DNA of 63,990 bases, the filler included, from Collodictyon triciliatum (Eukaryota): assembly GCA_043381765.1 (NCBI GenBank). It is 7 parts of 7 records of this genome, joined end to end, with 100 filler letters (N's around TTAATTAATTAA, not from the genome) between each part and the next. Parts side by side here need not be neighbours in the genome. Positions count along the whole stretch, not along the records: positions 1 to 10,390 come from JBHJMP010002693.1; positions 10,491 to 20,845 come from JBHJMP010002694.1; 5 more parts are not named here. The stretch is one strand, 5' to 3'. The notes under the pieces are model-generated. The model had not been told where the DNA came from and did no database searches. It worked only from the letters and a program-made list of their open reading frames with translations. Made by a program: the position numbers and the translations under genes. Shown here piece after piece: positions 1 through 14,478 of this stretch (position 1 is the first letter of the stretch; each line of letters begins with the position of its first letter).

Positions 1-87
1 TTTGTTTTTTGTTTTTTGTTTTTTGTTTTTTGTTTTTTGTTTTTTGTTTTTTGTTTTTTGTTTTTTGTTTTTTGTTTTTTGTTTTTG
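1..87. repeat. (GTTTTTT)n heptamer microsatellite
   Basis: Tandem TTTTTTG units at the start of the window; they explain the F/V/C-rich spurious ORFs. Confidence 0.95.
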
Positions 88-431
88 CTTTTTCGCGGTT
101 AACACGAAAGCCAGCGCAGATTTTTGTGCCACAAAAAACACAAGACAAACAGTCCCCGATATCTACCTTCTCTCCGGATGTGCAATGGCTATTTTGTGCG
201 ACAGAAACATGGTGGAGCTACAGCAAAGGCAAGCCCAGCAACCGGAATACCACCGAAGAAGAGAAAAGAGAAGGGAAAAGGAAAGGAAAGGAAACGCAGA
301 CGATATGTTCGCCTATAACATTATGCACTTCACACACGCACACAGAAAGTACAGCGGAGGTGGAGGCGTTGCCGGAAAAAAAAAAAGCGAAGCAAGCATT
401 CCTTGGCGCTTTATACTGCATCTTGGCAACT

Positions 432-2439
432 TCATCGCTTGTGCCGGTTCTTGCGCGATGACCACCGCTTGGATTCGAAATCTAGCGAGTCCGAGTCTGA
501 TGCAGAAGACTCGCTCGATTCTGCGGAATCTGAGTTTGTTGTTGAGCCAGAGAAGGAGCTGGAATCAGACCCCGAATCAGACCCCGAGCCAGAGCTTGAG
601 CCAGAGCTTGAGCCAGAGCCCGACTCAGAATCGCTCCCACTTCCACTACTGGACGAGGACGATGAGGGGGAATGCAAAAAGGATCTCTCGCTGGTGCTGG
701 ACGAGCTGGTTTCAGGGTGCTGCCTTCCAAGGTGAAAGCCAGGTTTGCTGCGCACAGGAGTGTTTTTTGGGGAGGAGGCTGATGGGTCCCAGGAGACCTC
801 AGACGAGTCAGAGCTGGATTCCTCACGAGCCTTTGAGCGCTGTGTATGTCTCGGCTGCAGCAATCTTGGATTGTTTCTGGAATCAGCGCGATTGAGTTGG
901 CGAGCAAGTTGCAGCGATGAGGTATGGGAATCTTTGGCTGTGGACCGTTTTGGTAGCTTTGGAGAAGGTGCCGGAGCAGAAGAAAGGGCCCGTTTCCCAT
1001 ATGATGCCAATGATGGCTGCTTCTTGAGAGGAGCAGGTGAGGAGGATGAAGAGGTGTATGATGACGACGTGCTCTGACTAGACTGACTGCCGCTGCTCTC
1101 ATCACTACTTTCATCAGATGTCCTACTTGAGCTATCGTCAGATTCATCTCCACTTTTGTCTTCTGAATCACTATCCCTGCTGCTGCTGCTGCTGCGACTT
1201 CCTCGATCGTTACCACTGCTCATTCCGCTGTCTTCATCGAGGCCAAGATGCCGCAGAATTCTCCCTTCATCCAGAACACCCTTTTTGCGCTCGGTAGGGA
1301 CTTTAGTGATAACTTTCTCAGATTCAGCGTTCTTGTTTTGTAGCGAGGTAGCACCTCCGTGACTCATGGAAGTTTTCGAAGGCATCGCTGCCGTGGTATG
1401 AGCTGAGGATGACGGGTTGCTTATATGCGACTCTGCAAATGCCCTTGGATGGTTTGTATTTTGGGCGGCTCCATTCGATAAATCCTGCGTCTCTACCTTT
1501 GATGCTGGAAGACACATCGACTGCACTGCAAATTCGATATTGTAGAATTTACTTTCATATCATCGGTTGTCAATATTGCTATCATTTACAGAGGAAATAA
1601 GAATTCCTTTAATTACAATCTTGAATGGATGATGTTAAAGCCTCGAGAAGCAACGGTGCAGCCTTGTCCATAAACTCTTGATCTGAGAAAAAATTGTCTA
1701 CTTCTGTGTGAAGAGTATCCATCATATCCCTGTCGATAGCCGCATAGCCGATGGTGATTTATATGGAATACGATACTGCTTAGTGGAGCATCATATCAAA
1801 TAAATATCGAGCTGACATCATGATACGGTACCGAAGGAACGCACGCAAGAAATATTACTTTACAGATGCTTACATATTTATGGGGCTGTTTCGTCATTTT
1901 CGCTCAAAGAATAACGATGAGTAGAAGCACCGACTGTTATTCGGCTACTCTTCTTCAAAAAGAAAAGAAAATAACATACCTCTCCACCGCTGCCCTGAAC
2001 TGCCCGAGCTGGCTCGTCACTTCTTCTTGGCTCAAGGCGTCCATATTCCGCTCCTGGAGCCGGGCATGAAACTTTGCTACAGTCTGTTCTCTCAAGGAGC
2101 CTGTCAACCCCTGTATGGTCCATTATCCGGGTGGATTGTGAAAGAGGAAAAAATTTTAATATAATATTTAAAAAAACGAAGCAAAGACAAAAACAAAAAA
2201 AACTAGGAGAAAACTTAAGATATTAAGATTGAGAAGAAGAAGCGACGCGACCAGGGAGCAGAAGGCGATGGTTGCCGGAAAAAAAAAGCTGTGTTGCTTG
2301 TAACCTTCTTCTCGAAAGACTCCCGCAAGAAGCGACGCATTTTGTCAACGCTGCCATTTGACTTTAGAAGTGCATAAGCCTTGCTGGAGAGGTACTTTGG
2401 AAGATCTTCGAGGTCGTGTGGGACTGATTTCTTCAGCAT
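432..2439 (-). CDS. Spliced gene: N-terminal BOD1/COMPASS-Shg1-like domain plus a long Ser/Asp-rich low-complexity tail (5' end uncertain)
   Basis: GT-AG exons join in frame: LLKSNGSVDKMRRFLRESFEKK | GLTGSLREQTVAKFHARLQE..AVER | DMMDTLHTEVDNFFSDQEF..SSIQD | LQSMCLP..(ORF 432-1526). The N-terminus resembles the Shg1/BOD1 K-x-x-G-x-x-D-x-x-R-R pattern. A possible upstream exon lies at about 3030-3109. Confidence 0.55.
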
Positions 2440-2539
2440 GGCTTCCACTCGGCTGCCTTTTTTTTTTTCTACTTGCTTTCTGGAGAACCGCGTTTGCTGC
2501 ACCGGGTTGGATTGACTTTTCCGCGTTGCCTTTGCTGCC

Positions 2540-2995
2540 AAACAAACAAACAATAAAAAAAAAACATACAAATAAACAAAACAAAACAAAACAAACAAAT
2601 AAATAAACAAATAAACAAACAAATAAATAAATAAATAAATAAATAAGTAAATAAACAAACAAAAAACATACAAATAAACAAAACAAACAAACAATAAAAA
2701 AAAAACATACAAACAAACAATAAAAAAAACATACAAACAAACAAACAAATAAATAAATAAATAAACAAATAAACAAATAAATAAATAAATAAATAAACAA
2801 AACAAACGAACAAATAAACAAACATACAAATAAACAAATAAATAAAAAAAATAACAAACAAATAAATAAACAAATAAACAAACAAACAAAAAAATAACAA
2901 ACAAACAAACGAACAAATAAATAAACAAACAAACATACAATAAAAAAAAAATAACAAACAAACAAAAAAAAACCAAATAAACAAAACAAACAAAA
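2540..2995. repeat. Compound AAAC/AAAT low-complexity tract
   Basis: Mixed tetramer repeats; they produce the artefactual hydrophobic ORFs 2215-3109. Confidence 0.9.
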
Positions 2996-3818
2996 TAAGG
3001 TGGAAATGGTGCATTTAGTACCGTACACCTGAAGCAAGTGATGAATGCATTTGTGGAATTTAATGATTAGTGTTGTTTCCATCTCTATGTGCGATTTTGT
3101 AGCCTCCATTTTCGATTTTCGTGGCTATATTTTAACTGATAAGATCCCGTTTCTGTCAGGATTGATACCAGAAAATGCAACTCGCTCTGGCCTCTGCGGC
3201 GACAAACGTCGCTATTCATCAGCCCCGCACTTTGAAAGGACTGTGCAAACTCCTCGGATGTATTGACCGGACCGCGACATGAATGAAATCTCCTATCGCA
3301 ATTCTAGCTTTCTCTTTCGCGGTTAATGAATGATTTTAAGTTGCTCTGGCCCCTCTCTTGCATTCCGGATTCAACTTTCGATGATATGTTTGTTCACTTG
3401 AAAGAATTAACTGATGGGCTTTGTTTATTTTTATTTTTATTATTTTTATTAAAAATAGATAGATGAATAAAATAAAATGAACAATAATGTATGTCTCTTC
3501 TTCGCCTACTTAAGTTACATAGTAATGCACGGCTGGTTTCTGGGAAGTATGGGTTACGGGGCATTCTTTATGGTCTTTTTTTTACGTAATTTTGTTTTCT
3601 GTCACGTTGGATTTGTCAGGTGACGAGAAACCGTGTTAGTTGACTTCAGGACAGAGACTTCGAGATTGAAAGAAATATGGCAAGAAAAGAAGAAAAAAAA
3701 AAGGAAAAAGAAAGGAAAAAGAAAGGAAAAAGAAAGGAGAAAGAAAAGAGGACAAAAGGAAGGAAATAGGCCCTGCTGGCATAACACGTCAAGAATAGAT
3801 TGTGCACTTTGGTGCAAT

Positions 3819-6800
3819 CTAGCGCAATATCTTTTGGATTGCTTGTAAGGCTCGTCTTATTTCATCAATAGAAACGGAGTTTTTGGCATAGACATCAGGC
3901 TTATCGAGATTGTTGATTATCGGACCAGTTAGGCTGAGAGATGCAATCTTATGAGATAGGGTGTGGCTTTGCTTAGCTTCAAATTTTTTGATGTATTGGA
4001 AAAGAGCGCTTGTGGTATAGTTTTTGAGAAATCTTAGATTCGGGTTTGTTGCTATTCGAATTTCTTCTGCAGAAATCCGGAGAAGAGTTTTTACGTCGGT
4101 TTCATTCAGGTAATAATGATTTGTTATGTTCTGCTCGTTCACCTCCCCAATACTCTGCTGCAAATCTTCGATTGTTTCGAAATGGTTTTTTGCCATTTTA
4201 CATGCCAAAACAGGACAATTGTGATCAAGGAGAAACTCAACAAATTCACCTCTGTACATTTCAGAAAAATCACTGTAACGTAAAGTAATTTTAGTGGTAG
4301 CATTTTCTTTTAGGTACCTTCGCACATCTTCAAGCGGGGGGCGATAATGATATGTTTGCTTCCAGCATAGCTTAATTAAGTGCTGGAAAGATGCGGGAAC
4401 GTTCTCTGGTATTTCAGGTCGAAGCCCACTGATGGTGAAGCTTTGAGATTGGGATTCTCCAAGAAACGGCTCTACACCAGAGAAAAGGTACCAGAGAATC
4501 ATTCCAAACGCGTAGACATTGCTGGGCTCCCCGCGATGGCCGTAATTAACACCATCCTCACCATAATCAGAATCATCCCCACGTGGCTTGCAAACGGTAG
4601 CGTAGATTTCAGGAGCCTGCCAATTCTTTGTTCCGTCTTGTTTCATATCACCAAATCGAGTTTTCATATTTGAACCGACTCTATCAGTGGTACGGCGACT
4701 TACGATTCCGAAATCAACTAATTTTACGACATCATTAATTATCATAATATTATCTGCCTTCAAATCCTCATGATACAGGTCTTTGGAGTGCATGTAGATT
4801 AAAGCTTCACATATTTCTGTACAGAATTTCGTTATGCGCACTAAGGACATATGATTCCTTTTCTCACTCTCCATGATTTTTTTAAGGGATTCCCCAGCAA
4901 ACTCCATGACCATGTAAAAATCATTTTCGATACGTTTGACACCAAATAGATTTACAATATTACTACATTCCCTGCAATTATAGAGGAGTTGGCACTCGCT
5001 CACTAAGGATCCAATAATCGATGCCACAGAATTACTATTTCCAGATGGAATCGTCTGAATCTTGATGACGGCTTCTCTTTGTTCAGATGTCTTCGCTTTG
5101 TAAACTCGTCCAAAAGCACCACTCCCGATGTATTCTATTAGTTCTAGAGGTTCTTTGCACGTGATGTCCTTCAATTCCGAGTCGATAGTTTGAAGGTTTT
5201 TCTCTGAATGAAGCGCTGCAGGTGATAGTGGAGGTTTCTTAATAGTTCCCAATTTACTGTTGGATGCAAACAAATCATCCATGCCTGGTAGAAAAAATTC
5301 TCAAGTTAGATATAGACACGAAATACCCGAAATGATTTTATTAAATGGCAGGGACAGAAAATGAACAATAGATCGGAAAAGCTTCTGGAAGTTTGTACAA
5401 CAATACCCTCTTCTCGGTAAACATGCCCTCTTTTCATCCGATCGCTTTCGAGTTCATGACCTTTGGAGCATAAAGTCAGCTCAGAGTCGCCTATTTCTCT
5501 ATTTGGGTCGGGCAGCTCCACTGTATTCTTCTGGCATTCATAGCATTCCATCAGGCAGTATTTGATAAATTTTGATCGAATAGAGACAATTCGTTCTTTT
5601 AGAAAAGACAGGACCTTGAAGATGTCTATTGATTTTTGTTCTTTATCTTTCAAGTGATATCTTCGCACTCTTATTGTTACGATATTTTTGTGAATGTGCA
5701 ACAAGACACGAAGGTCATCTCCTGGAATAAGATCAAAAAAATTTTTGGAAGCAGATGATGAGGCTTCGTCAGCGTGTAGCTCAGATGTTGTCAAATGCAA
5801 AAGCGCTAAATTTCTTGAAAAATGGTTGTCGTACTTGATGTCATGGTTAATTCCTTTGGTCCAGCGAAGTGCCTGAACCATGATATTGCTACTGTCAGAC
5901 CTCTGGATATCTGTTTCACAAACTAAATCTATGGAGTTTTGAGACACGCAATTCGATTCCGGCTTTTCACTCCACACAGTTTCGATGAATGGGTGGTCTT
6001 CCATGAGTGATGGAAAAGCTATACACTCCTTGTTGAATCTTATTCCCAGTCCAAAATGATCAAAAATTCTCACGATTACAATAAAGACCTTTTCAAAAAC
6101 ATCTTCTTCCTTTTCCTCCATAACGGTCTTAAGTCTTGTCTTCAGCTGAGATATCAGGACAACTCCGTTGCTGTCCTTTGCGATTCCACCAAAACTAAAG
6201 ACACAGCGAAAAATATTGATGAGGAAGAGAGGGTCCAGGAAGACGAAGGCTCTCATGCTTTCGGAAGGATACCAGGCTATAGTACCGAGGTCATGAAGAA
6301 ACTTCAACGCCGATCTGCATCTGTTGTTGTTCAGATCAACATATTCTTCTGCATAGCTATTCACTTCGTCGATTGATAGATATTTATGTTGCTTTCCTTC
6401 CTTTTCAAAGTGGTCTTTCATAGTGATGTATGATTTGGGAATATCTGTGTTGACATTATCCAGCTGTTTCATTCCTTTGTAGATAGTATCCTTAAGCTCA
6501 CGTATACCATTTCCACTGCTGTTGCTTATTTGTAAATCATGTCGTAAAAAGGTGTGCCTTTTGTTATTCTTTATTATGTAATCTATTTCCGTTTTCATCT
6601 CGCCTTCACATCTAGCTATCAATTTGTCTTTATGGGTTCCAACTATGATGATTTTTGAACCAGGTGCAAAATCGTCCAACATCTTTATCCAACGACCTAA
6701 GTTGTTTTTGCTCTTATTTTCGTCCAATCTGTAGAGAATTAACACAAGTGCACCAGCCGAGAGAAAAAACGGATGTGTGACCTGAAATTCATCTTGTCCC

Positions 6801-9800
6801 CCAAAGTCCCAGACTTGAATTGATATGCCATCCTTTGGGGTGCCCATTGAAAGATCATGTACGTCAACAGCAATTTGCTCTATGCCGTCTGTTCGCTTTC
6901 TTTCAGGATCGACAGAGTTTTTGAATACAAAAGACTTCTGTGAAATCGACTTGATTGTTGTTGTCTTTCCTGCCATTCCCTCTCCAAGAAGCAGTAATCT
7001 CCCTTGCGTCCATTTCTGTGTTCCCGATTTTAGGGCGTACAAGTAATTAGCGATGGATTCTGAACCTTGATTAACCACATTTTCAGGTATGTTGGTAATT
7101 GGGTTGCCTTTCAGGTCAATATCTCCATATAATTCCTTCATAGAACATATAACATCAGGAACCACCGATATCTAGTAGAATTATGCCTGTTATTGTCTGG
7201 CTATTCATCGGTATCTTTGGATTCCAAAATAAAATATAGAATTAAATCTTTCCGAGGAACACCAAAGAACCTTATTGTTTGCGAGGTACAGGCTATGGAG
7301 ATTATGTAGCGTAGAAATTGATTCTGGAATTTCTTTGATCTGTATTTTGGTATCATAGAATTTGGAAAATAATTCGCATGATTTCTTTTTATTTTATTTT
7401 GTTTTGTTTTGTTTTCTTTTGTTTTGTTTTCTTTTGTTTTCTTTTGTTTTGTTTTCTTTTGTTTTGTTTTGTTTTGTTTTGTTTTGTTTTGTTTTGTTTT
7501 GTTTTGTTTTGTTTATTTATTTCTAACTTTCTATATTCATTTATATTTTTAAAATGTATGTTAGGTTTTGCATGGGGACTTATGATGACATCGTAAAGCA
7601 TAAAATGATATATATTTTATAGCAGTGACCTTATTATTTGACAAATTAAGAGATGTGACCCAAGGCATTTCCATGAGATGAGATGGAAATGCGCTCATCT
7701 TATCGAATGAATATAAGGTAAGATGTTATTTTCTGAAATGGAATATATGGCAGAGCATCCCAAAATAAAAAGAAAGAGAAAGGATGAGGCTAGTTCGGAG
7801 GAAAGAGTGCTACCATACCTCATTAAAAGAAAAATCGACTGCGCGTTTTCTTGGTAATAGAAAAATTTCGGGCGGTATATCCTTTAATTTCTTATGAGTA
7901 ATAGAGATGCTCCCTCCTCGGAATGATAAAGAGTTGTAGATGTCTTGTGTTTCAGTAGAAAAGTTGTTATCCGAAAGACTCAAATTTGTCACCAAAGTAA
8001 GATCGAATAGATTTGGCAAGGCAGAGACCTACATCCACAAATTATTGCTTTTTATGAAGCTTGCAATATAATTAGTATAGAGGAAGAGAAGTCGATATAT
8101 TAACCTTGTTGACAGAGACATTCAAGTGTCTAAGTTCCACCAATTTGTTTATTCCTTCTGATAGATGTGTTATCTGATACACAAATTTGATTATGAATAT
8201 ATGATATAGTAAATCATGAGATGAAAGGAAATTCAATAAAGCCTTTTATTTTGTTTTACGATTCGGGCTTAAATGATGTATGTTTTATCTTCATAACGAA
8301 ATATTCTTAAAAAAATCAATAATACACCTGGTTGTTATTGAGAAGGAGCTTTTGAATGCAATTCAAGATTGATATTTGCTCTGGTACATATGATAACTAC
8401 CGAATAGATTTGTTTCCAAAAATTATGTCAAGAAAAAAAAGTCAGTCAGACTGACATACGAGTTGATTTTTGGTGAACTTTTTTAGTTGAAATTATGAAA
8501 TATGGGTACCTGGTTCCAGGAGAAATCCAGAAGTGTGATGCGAGTTATCTTCAGCAAGACATGGGGTATTTCAACAAACTGGTAGCGAATTCGGTTCATT
8601 AGTAAGTGTGCGGTGAACTAAAAATCTATGTTTTTATCCAATATGTATAAATGTTTAAGGTTATGTTTTTTTCCATAAAAGAAAAAAGAGGCACTAAGAG
8701 AGAAAGAAGAATGACTATGGTCCAATAGTATGAAAGTTGAAAATAAAATATTAAATAAAAAAAACCTGGTTTTTGCTGAAACTTAGGCTTTGGATATTCT
8801 CCAAGGCTGAAAATGAAGTGGGCAAGCTCGAGAGCTAATCATATTTGTATTATACAATTAGGTGATAATAAATATTTGGACTATAACAATAAAGACAAAC
8901 CATATTGCAAGAAAAGTCTATGGATTTAACGAGACTCCATCCTTGCATCAGATGATCAATTTTTGGTAGCGTCATGTTATGATAAGAACACTGAAACAAA
9001 TCCAAGGTGTGAAGCGACTCAGATATCGTAAATTTTATTCCGCTCCAGGTATTCTTTTTTGTTTTGTTCCAGCAAGGTAGAACCCTCATGCCTTCTTGTG
9101 CTCTCTTAAGTTCTATGGTTCCGTTTACCTCAATCCAAAGTTGCTCCAATCTACTTAGGCAGGTCATGCCCTCTGGAAGTGTGTCCATCTATTGACATAA
9201 TGAAGTATGGTAATATTTAATGAAGAAGGAGGGGGACGATAGAATATGTACCAAAAGGAAGGGTAACAGAAAGAAATAATTCAGATAAAACGAAGTGAAA
9301 TGAAATGATACTAAATTGCAACCTTATTCCTGTAGAGACTAAGATAAGTAAGCTCAACTAATGAAGAGATTTCCTTGGGCAAAGAGGTCAACTCATTATT
9401 ATGGAGTGAAATCCAATTCAGATGTATCAATCTTGATATTGTACCGGGTAAGAAGCTTAATTTGTTGTCATTCATCCAAAGCTCTTTTAGCGCGCCCAGC
9501 ACGGAGATGTTTTCAGGAATTGATGGTATTTGGTTGTAAGCCAAATCCAAAATTTGTAGCGCTGTATATAAAATAACAGCTCTCGGGAACTCGGTGTATA
9601 TGATTTTTGGGGTGGCTGTTGTGGTTTTTGCCGTGGGGGGCTTGTTCATTGTCCCAAAACTTTGCTCAATGACGTTGTCTTTGTAAATGTAATGGTTGGC
9701 CGATACTCTGAGATGTGACATACCGGCCAAAGGCTGGGAGACTTCCGAACCCTTCAAAACTTCGATTTCTTTCCACTTACTAACATTTGCATCCAACCTA

Positions 9801-10201
9801 GCGAGATCAATTCGCTGACTACCAGACTTTTGACTCTTCAGTTTAGCAAGCATCCCTATCTTCTTCTTTGAGCAGATGACAACATTACCCTGAACCCACA
9901 CCGTGTCTTCTTTCTGGGTGCTAGGATCAAAATTGTCCCAGTGGATGCTTAGGCCTTTGCAGATTTTGTAGTCAGAGGTAGACTTTTCCTGATGGAAGCA
10001 CCTTGGGTAGGCAAGGCTGGCATTTTCTATACCACGCAGGTAAAGAACTTCTTCATAGGACTCATTCACGGGCTGAGTTGGCATCAAGTCTTCGGAGGTA
10101 GATGCTTCATCTGGGTCTACGATAGCCAGTGGAATGTGTTTCGTCTGCTGCTGCTCTTGAGATCCGCCGCTGAACTTCCGGGAGGCCCATCCAGTAGCCA
10201 T
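3819..10201 (-). CDS. Roco-family protein kinase (LRR - ROC GTPase - COR - kinase - two SAM-like repeats); possibly 5'-partial
   Basis: Exons 10201-9323, 9188-~8901, 8834-8766, 8578-8510, 8396-8328, 8173-8105, 8028-7819, 7698-7630, 7339-7271, 7171-5407 and 5284-3819 join in frame at GT-AG. ROC motifs GEGMAGKT, TDG, WDFGGQ, VGTHKD; COR motif LKFLHDLG; kinase motifs IGSGAFG, VIK, HEDLKADN, DFG, APE. An acceptor-like TTTGTAG directly precedes the first ATG. Confidence 0.92.
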
Positions 10202-10238
10202 CTACAAAATGGTTGGAGTAAAATGAATATGGGGGAAA

Positions 10239-10390
10239 GCGGAAAAGCGGAAAAGCGGAAAAGGAGTAAAGAGTAAAGAGTAAAGAGTAAAGAGTAAAGA
10301 GGAAAGAGGAAAGAGGAAAGAGGAAAGAGGAAAGAGGAAAGAGGAAAGAGGAAAGAGGAAAGAGGAAAGAGGAAAGAGGAAAGAGGAAAG
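10239..10390. repeat. Compound tandem repeat GCGGAAAA > GAGTAAA > GAGGAAA
   Basis: Visible units drifting from one variant to the next up to the contig end. Confidence 0.9.
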
Positions 10391-10490
10391 NNNNNNNNNN
10401 NNNNNNNNNNNNNNNNNNNNNNNNNNNNNNNNNNTTAATTAATTAANNNNNNNNNNNNNNNNNNNNNNNNNNNNNNNNNNNNNNNNNNNN
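10391..10490. other. Artificial contig spacer
   Basis: N44-TTAATTAATTAA-N44, giving stops in all six frames. Confidence 0.98.
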
Positions 10491-10709
10491 TTTTTTTTTT
10501 TTCTTTTTTTCTTTTTTTCTTTTTTTCTTTTTTTCTTTTTTCTTTTTTTTTTTTTCTTTTTTCTTTTTTCTTTTTCATTTTGGCACTTTATATACGATTT
10601 TCATATGTCTAGAGCCAAACTTGCAGCAAAGTGTATGTTGCATGACTTAGTAGTTGAACGAAATCAATACGGGCGGTTATTTCAACTACTTTTTTTTTCT
10701 TCCTAAAAG

Positions 10710-12477
<1,768 letters not shown>

Positions 12478-13507
12478 CAGCAACCGCACGCCATAAAGAA
12501 CACGATGCAAGGAATTGCTGGCGTCTGCCTTACATATCCTCCCGCTCATCGAAGCACTCTCTTCGCAACATAGGCACATGCCACGAGCTGATCTTCTCAG
12601 CTTGTCTGTCTGCTTATTGTCGGTACTGGGCTGAGTCAGAGGGATTGCGGCGACGTGTGGTTTCTTTCTTCATCAGAATGTCGGTGTGATTCTGCCCATT
12701 TGTTTGGGTGTTTTGGCAAAGAGTCAGACTGTGCAAATCGCATTTAACAACGATTCAGGCTGCGATGTCTCACCACGTTGGTGGGTTGACCATTCCTCAT
12801 CCTCTTTGAACTTACTGAAGAATCTTACCGTTGTCATGTGATGCAGAAGGTATAAGATTCCAGATGGCTACAAGGTTGTTGAGGCCATATTTATATTCCT
12901 CCAAGGAAGCAAAACATATTTTCCAGATTAGTATAATGCCAGAAAATTAATCTATATAGGTATCTACAGAATAACTTAATTTATGGGTTAGGCTCCATTT
13001 TGTTGACAACGCTATCGAGGCGCTCTGCTCATAGCGCGACAGACCACACGGGATGCATCGCGGTTGTTTTTTCTTTTCTCTCTGGTTTCTAACATGATTT
13101 ATTGATGGAGCCGTGAAGGGTTTCGACGGAGCAGGTTGGTGAGGCTTTGCTGTGTGAGACTGTCTTCGTGACACGAAAACCTAGTGAGCTGAGAAAGCTT
13201 CAAAGAAGAAAAGGGAAGAGAAAAAAAATATGCATTTGTGAAGAGAGAAGGCGAAAGAAAGTGCCTGTTCTGATGTGTTCGTCCCAAGACAGCTTTTTTC
13301 TTTAGTTGTTGACAAAGGTTACAAAAAAAAAAAAAAATACATCGTAGGAAGACAGCCTGAACGTGAGAAAGCGTCCTTGAGACCGGAAGAAACTATTAGA
13401 TATGGTGAGCGATCGATAAGCACACTTGTAGATGTGTTTCTTTTTTCTTTTTCTTTTTCTGTTTCTGTTTCTGTTTCTGTTTCTGTTTCTGTTTCTTTTA
13501 TCTTTTT

Positions 13508-13612
13508 CTTTTACCCTTTCTTTTACCCTTTCTTTTACCCTTTCTTTTACCCTTTCTTTTACCCTTTCTTTTACCCTTTCTTTTACCCTTTCTTTTACCC
13601 TTTCTTTTACCC
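13508..13612. repeat. 12-mer minisatellite (TTTTACCCTTTC)x~9 upstream of NOP56
   Basis: Visible tandem units, preceded by a (TTTCTG)n run. Confidence 0.9.
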
Positions 13613-13709
13613 TTGAAAAAGTATGTGAATACCTTCTCACTGCGCCAGCTCTGTTCACCAACAACGAGCGTTCTTTTTGTGTTGCCTTTAATCACTCCGT
13701 GCTCCCGGT

Positions 13710-14386
13710 ATGCAGTCACACTTCATCTTGTTTGAGTCTGCTTCGGGATACGCACTCTTTGAGCGCCTGCAGTCTCAGGATATTGCAGTCACGGACAGGG
13801 AGGTTTGCCAGCTGCTGGAACGTCTCCCATGAACGCAACCAGAATACTACATCGATTAGAATACGAATCTCTTCCTTGAAAACAAAAACTCTCATAGTAT
13901 GTAAAAGCCTGAAAAATGAGCATGCCTTTCTTTTCTCCCTGACCTCAAACTCCCAGGTCCAAGCAGCTATCCAAGACTATGGAAGATTCACCGAGCAGGT
14001 GATCCTCAAGTCCTTCCACCCCTTCCAGTCTGCCGAAAATGCGCTGGACAACATCAACCACGTTTCGGAAGGTTTCTTGTCATTCTACCTGAGTGCTTCT
14101 ATGTCGATGCAAGGCGCACTTCTTTCCCCTTGAGTAACTTGCGCTGCCTCAGGTATTATGCACGACACTCTTCGGAACTATTTGGAGCAGGAGTTTCAAA
14201 AGACCAAAGGAAAGAAGGGTGGGAAAGTTATTCTCGGCGTCTTTGATCCCAAACTTGGTTCCAGTATTCAGGTTTATTGTTCATCCCAACTGATTGTATT
14301 TCTGTCGTTTGAACCTGCGTGCGTAGTAGTGAGGAAAATAGAGTAGTTTGCTAGTATACACCTTGAATACCACAAGACGTTGACGC

Positions 14387-14478
<92 letters not shown>

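Noticed and set aside
2-895. Plus-strand ORFs 2-895 and 403-735
   Set aside because: Microsatellite read-through and antisense shadow of the Ser-rich minus-strand exon.
2215-3109. Multi-TM-looking ORFs rich in F/V/C/Y/L
   Set aside because: Translation of an AAAC/AAAT repeat tract, open in all three minus frames.
10391-10490. Recurrent palindromic TTAATTAATTAA between N runs (six copies) as a biological repeat or piggyBac target
   Set aside because: Identical 100-nt layout every time; it is an assembly concatenation linker.
13508-13612. TTTTACCCTTTC array as a telomere or CRISPR array
   Set aside because: Internal, has no spacers, and matches no telomeric unit I recognise.
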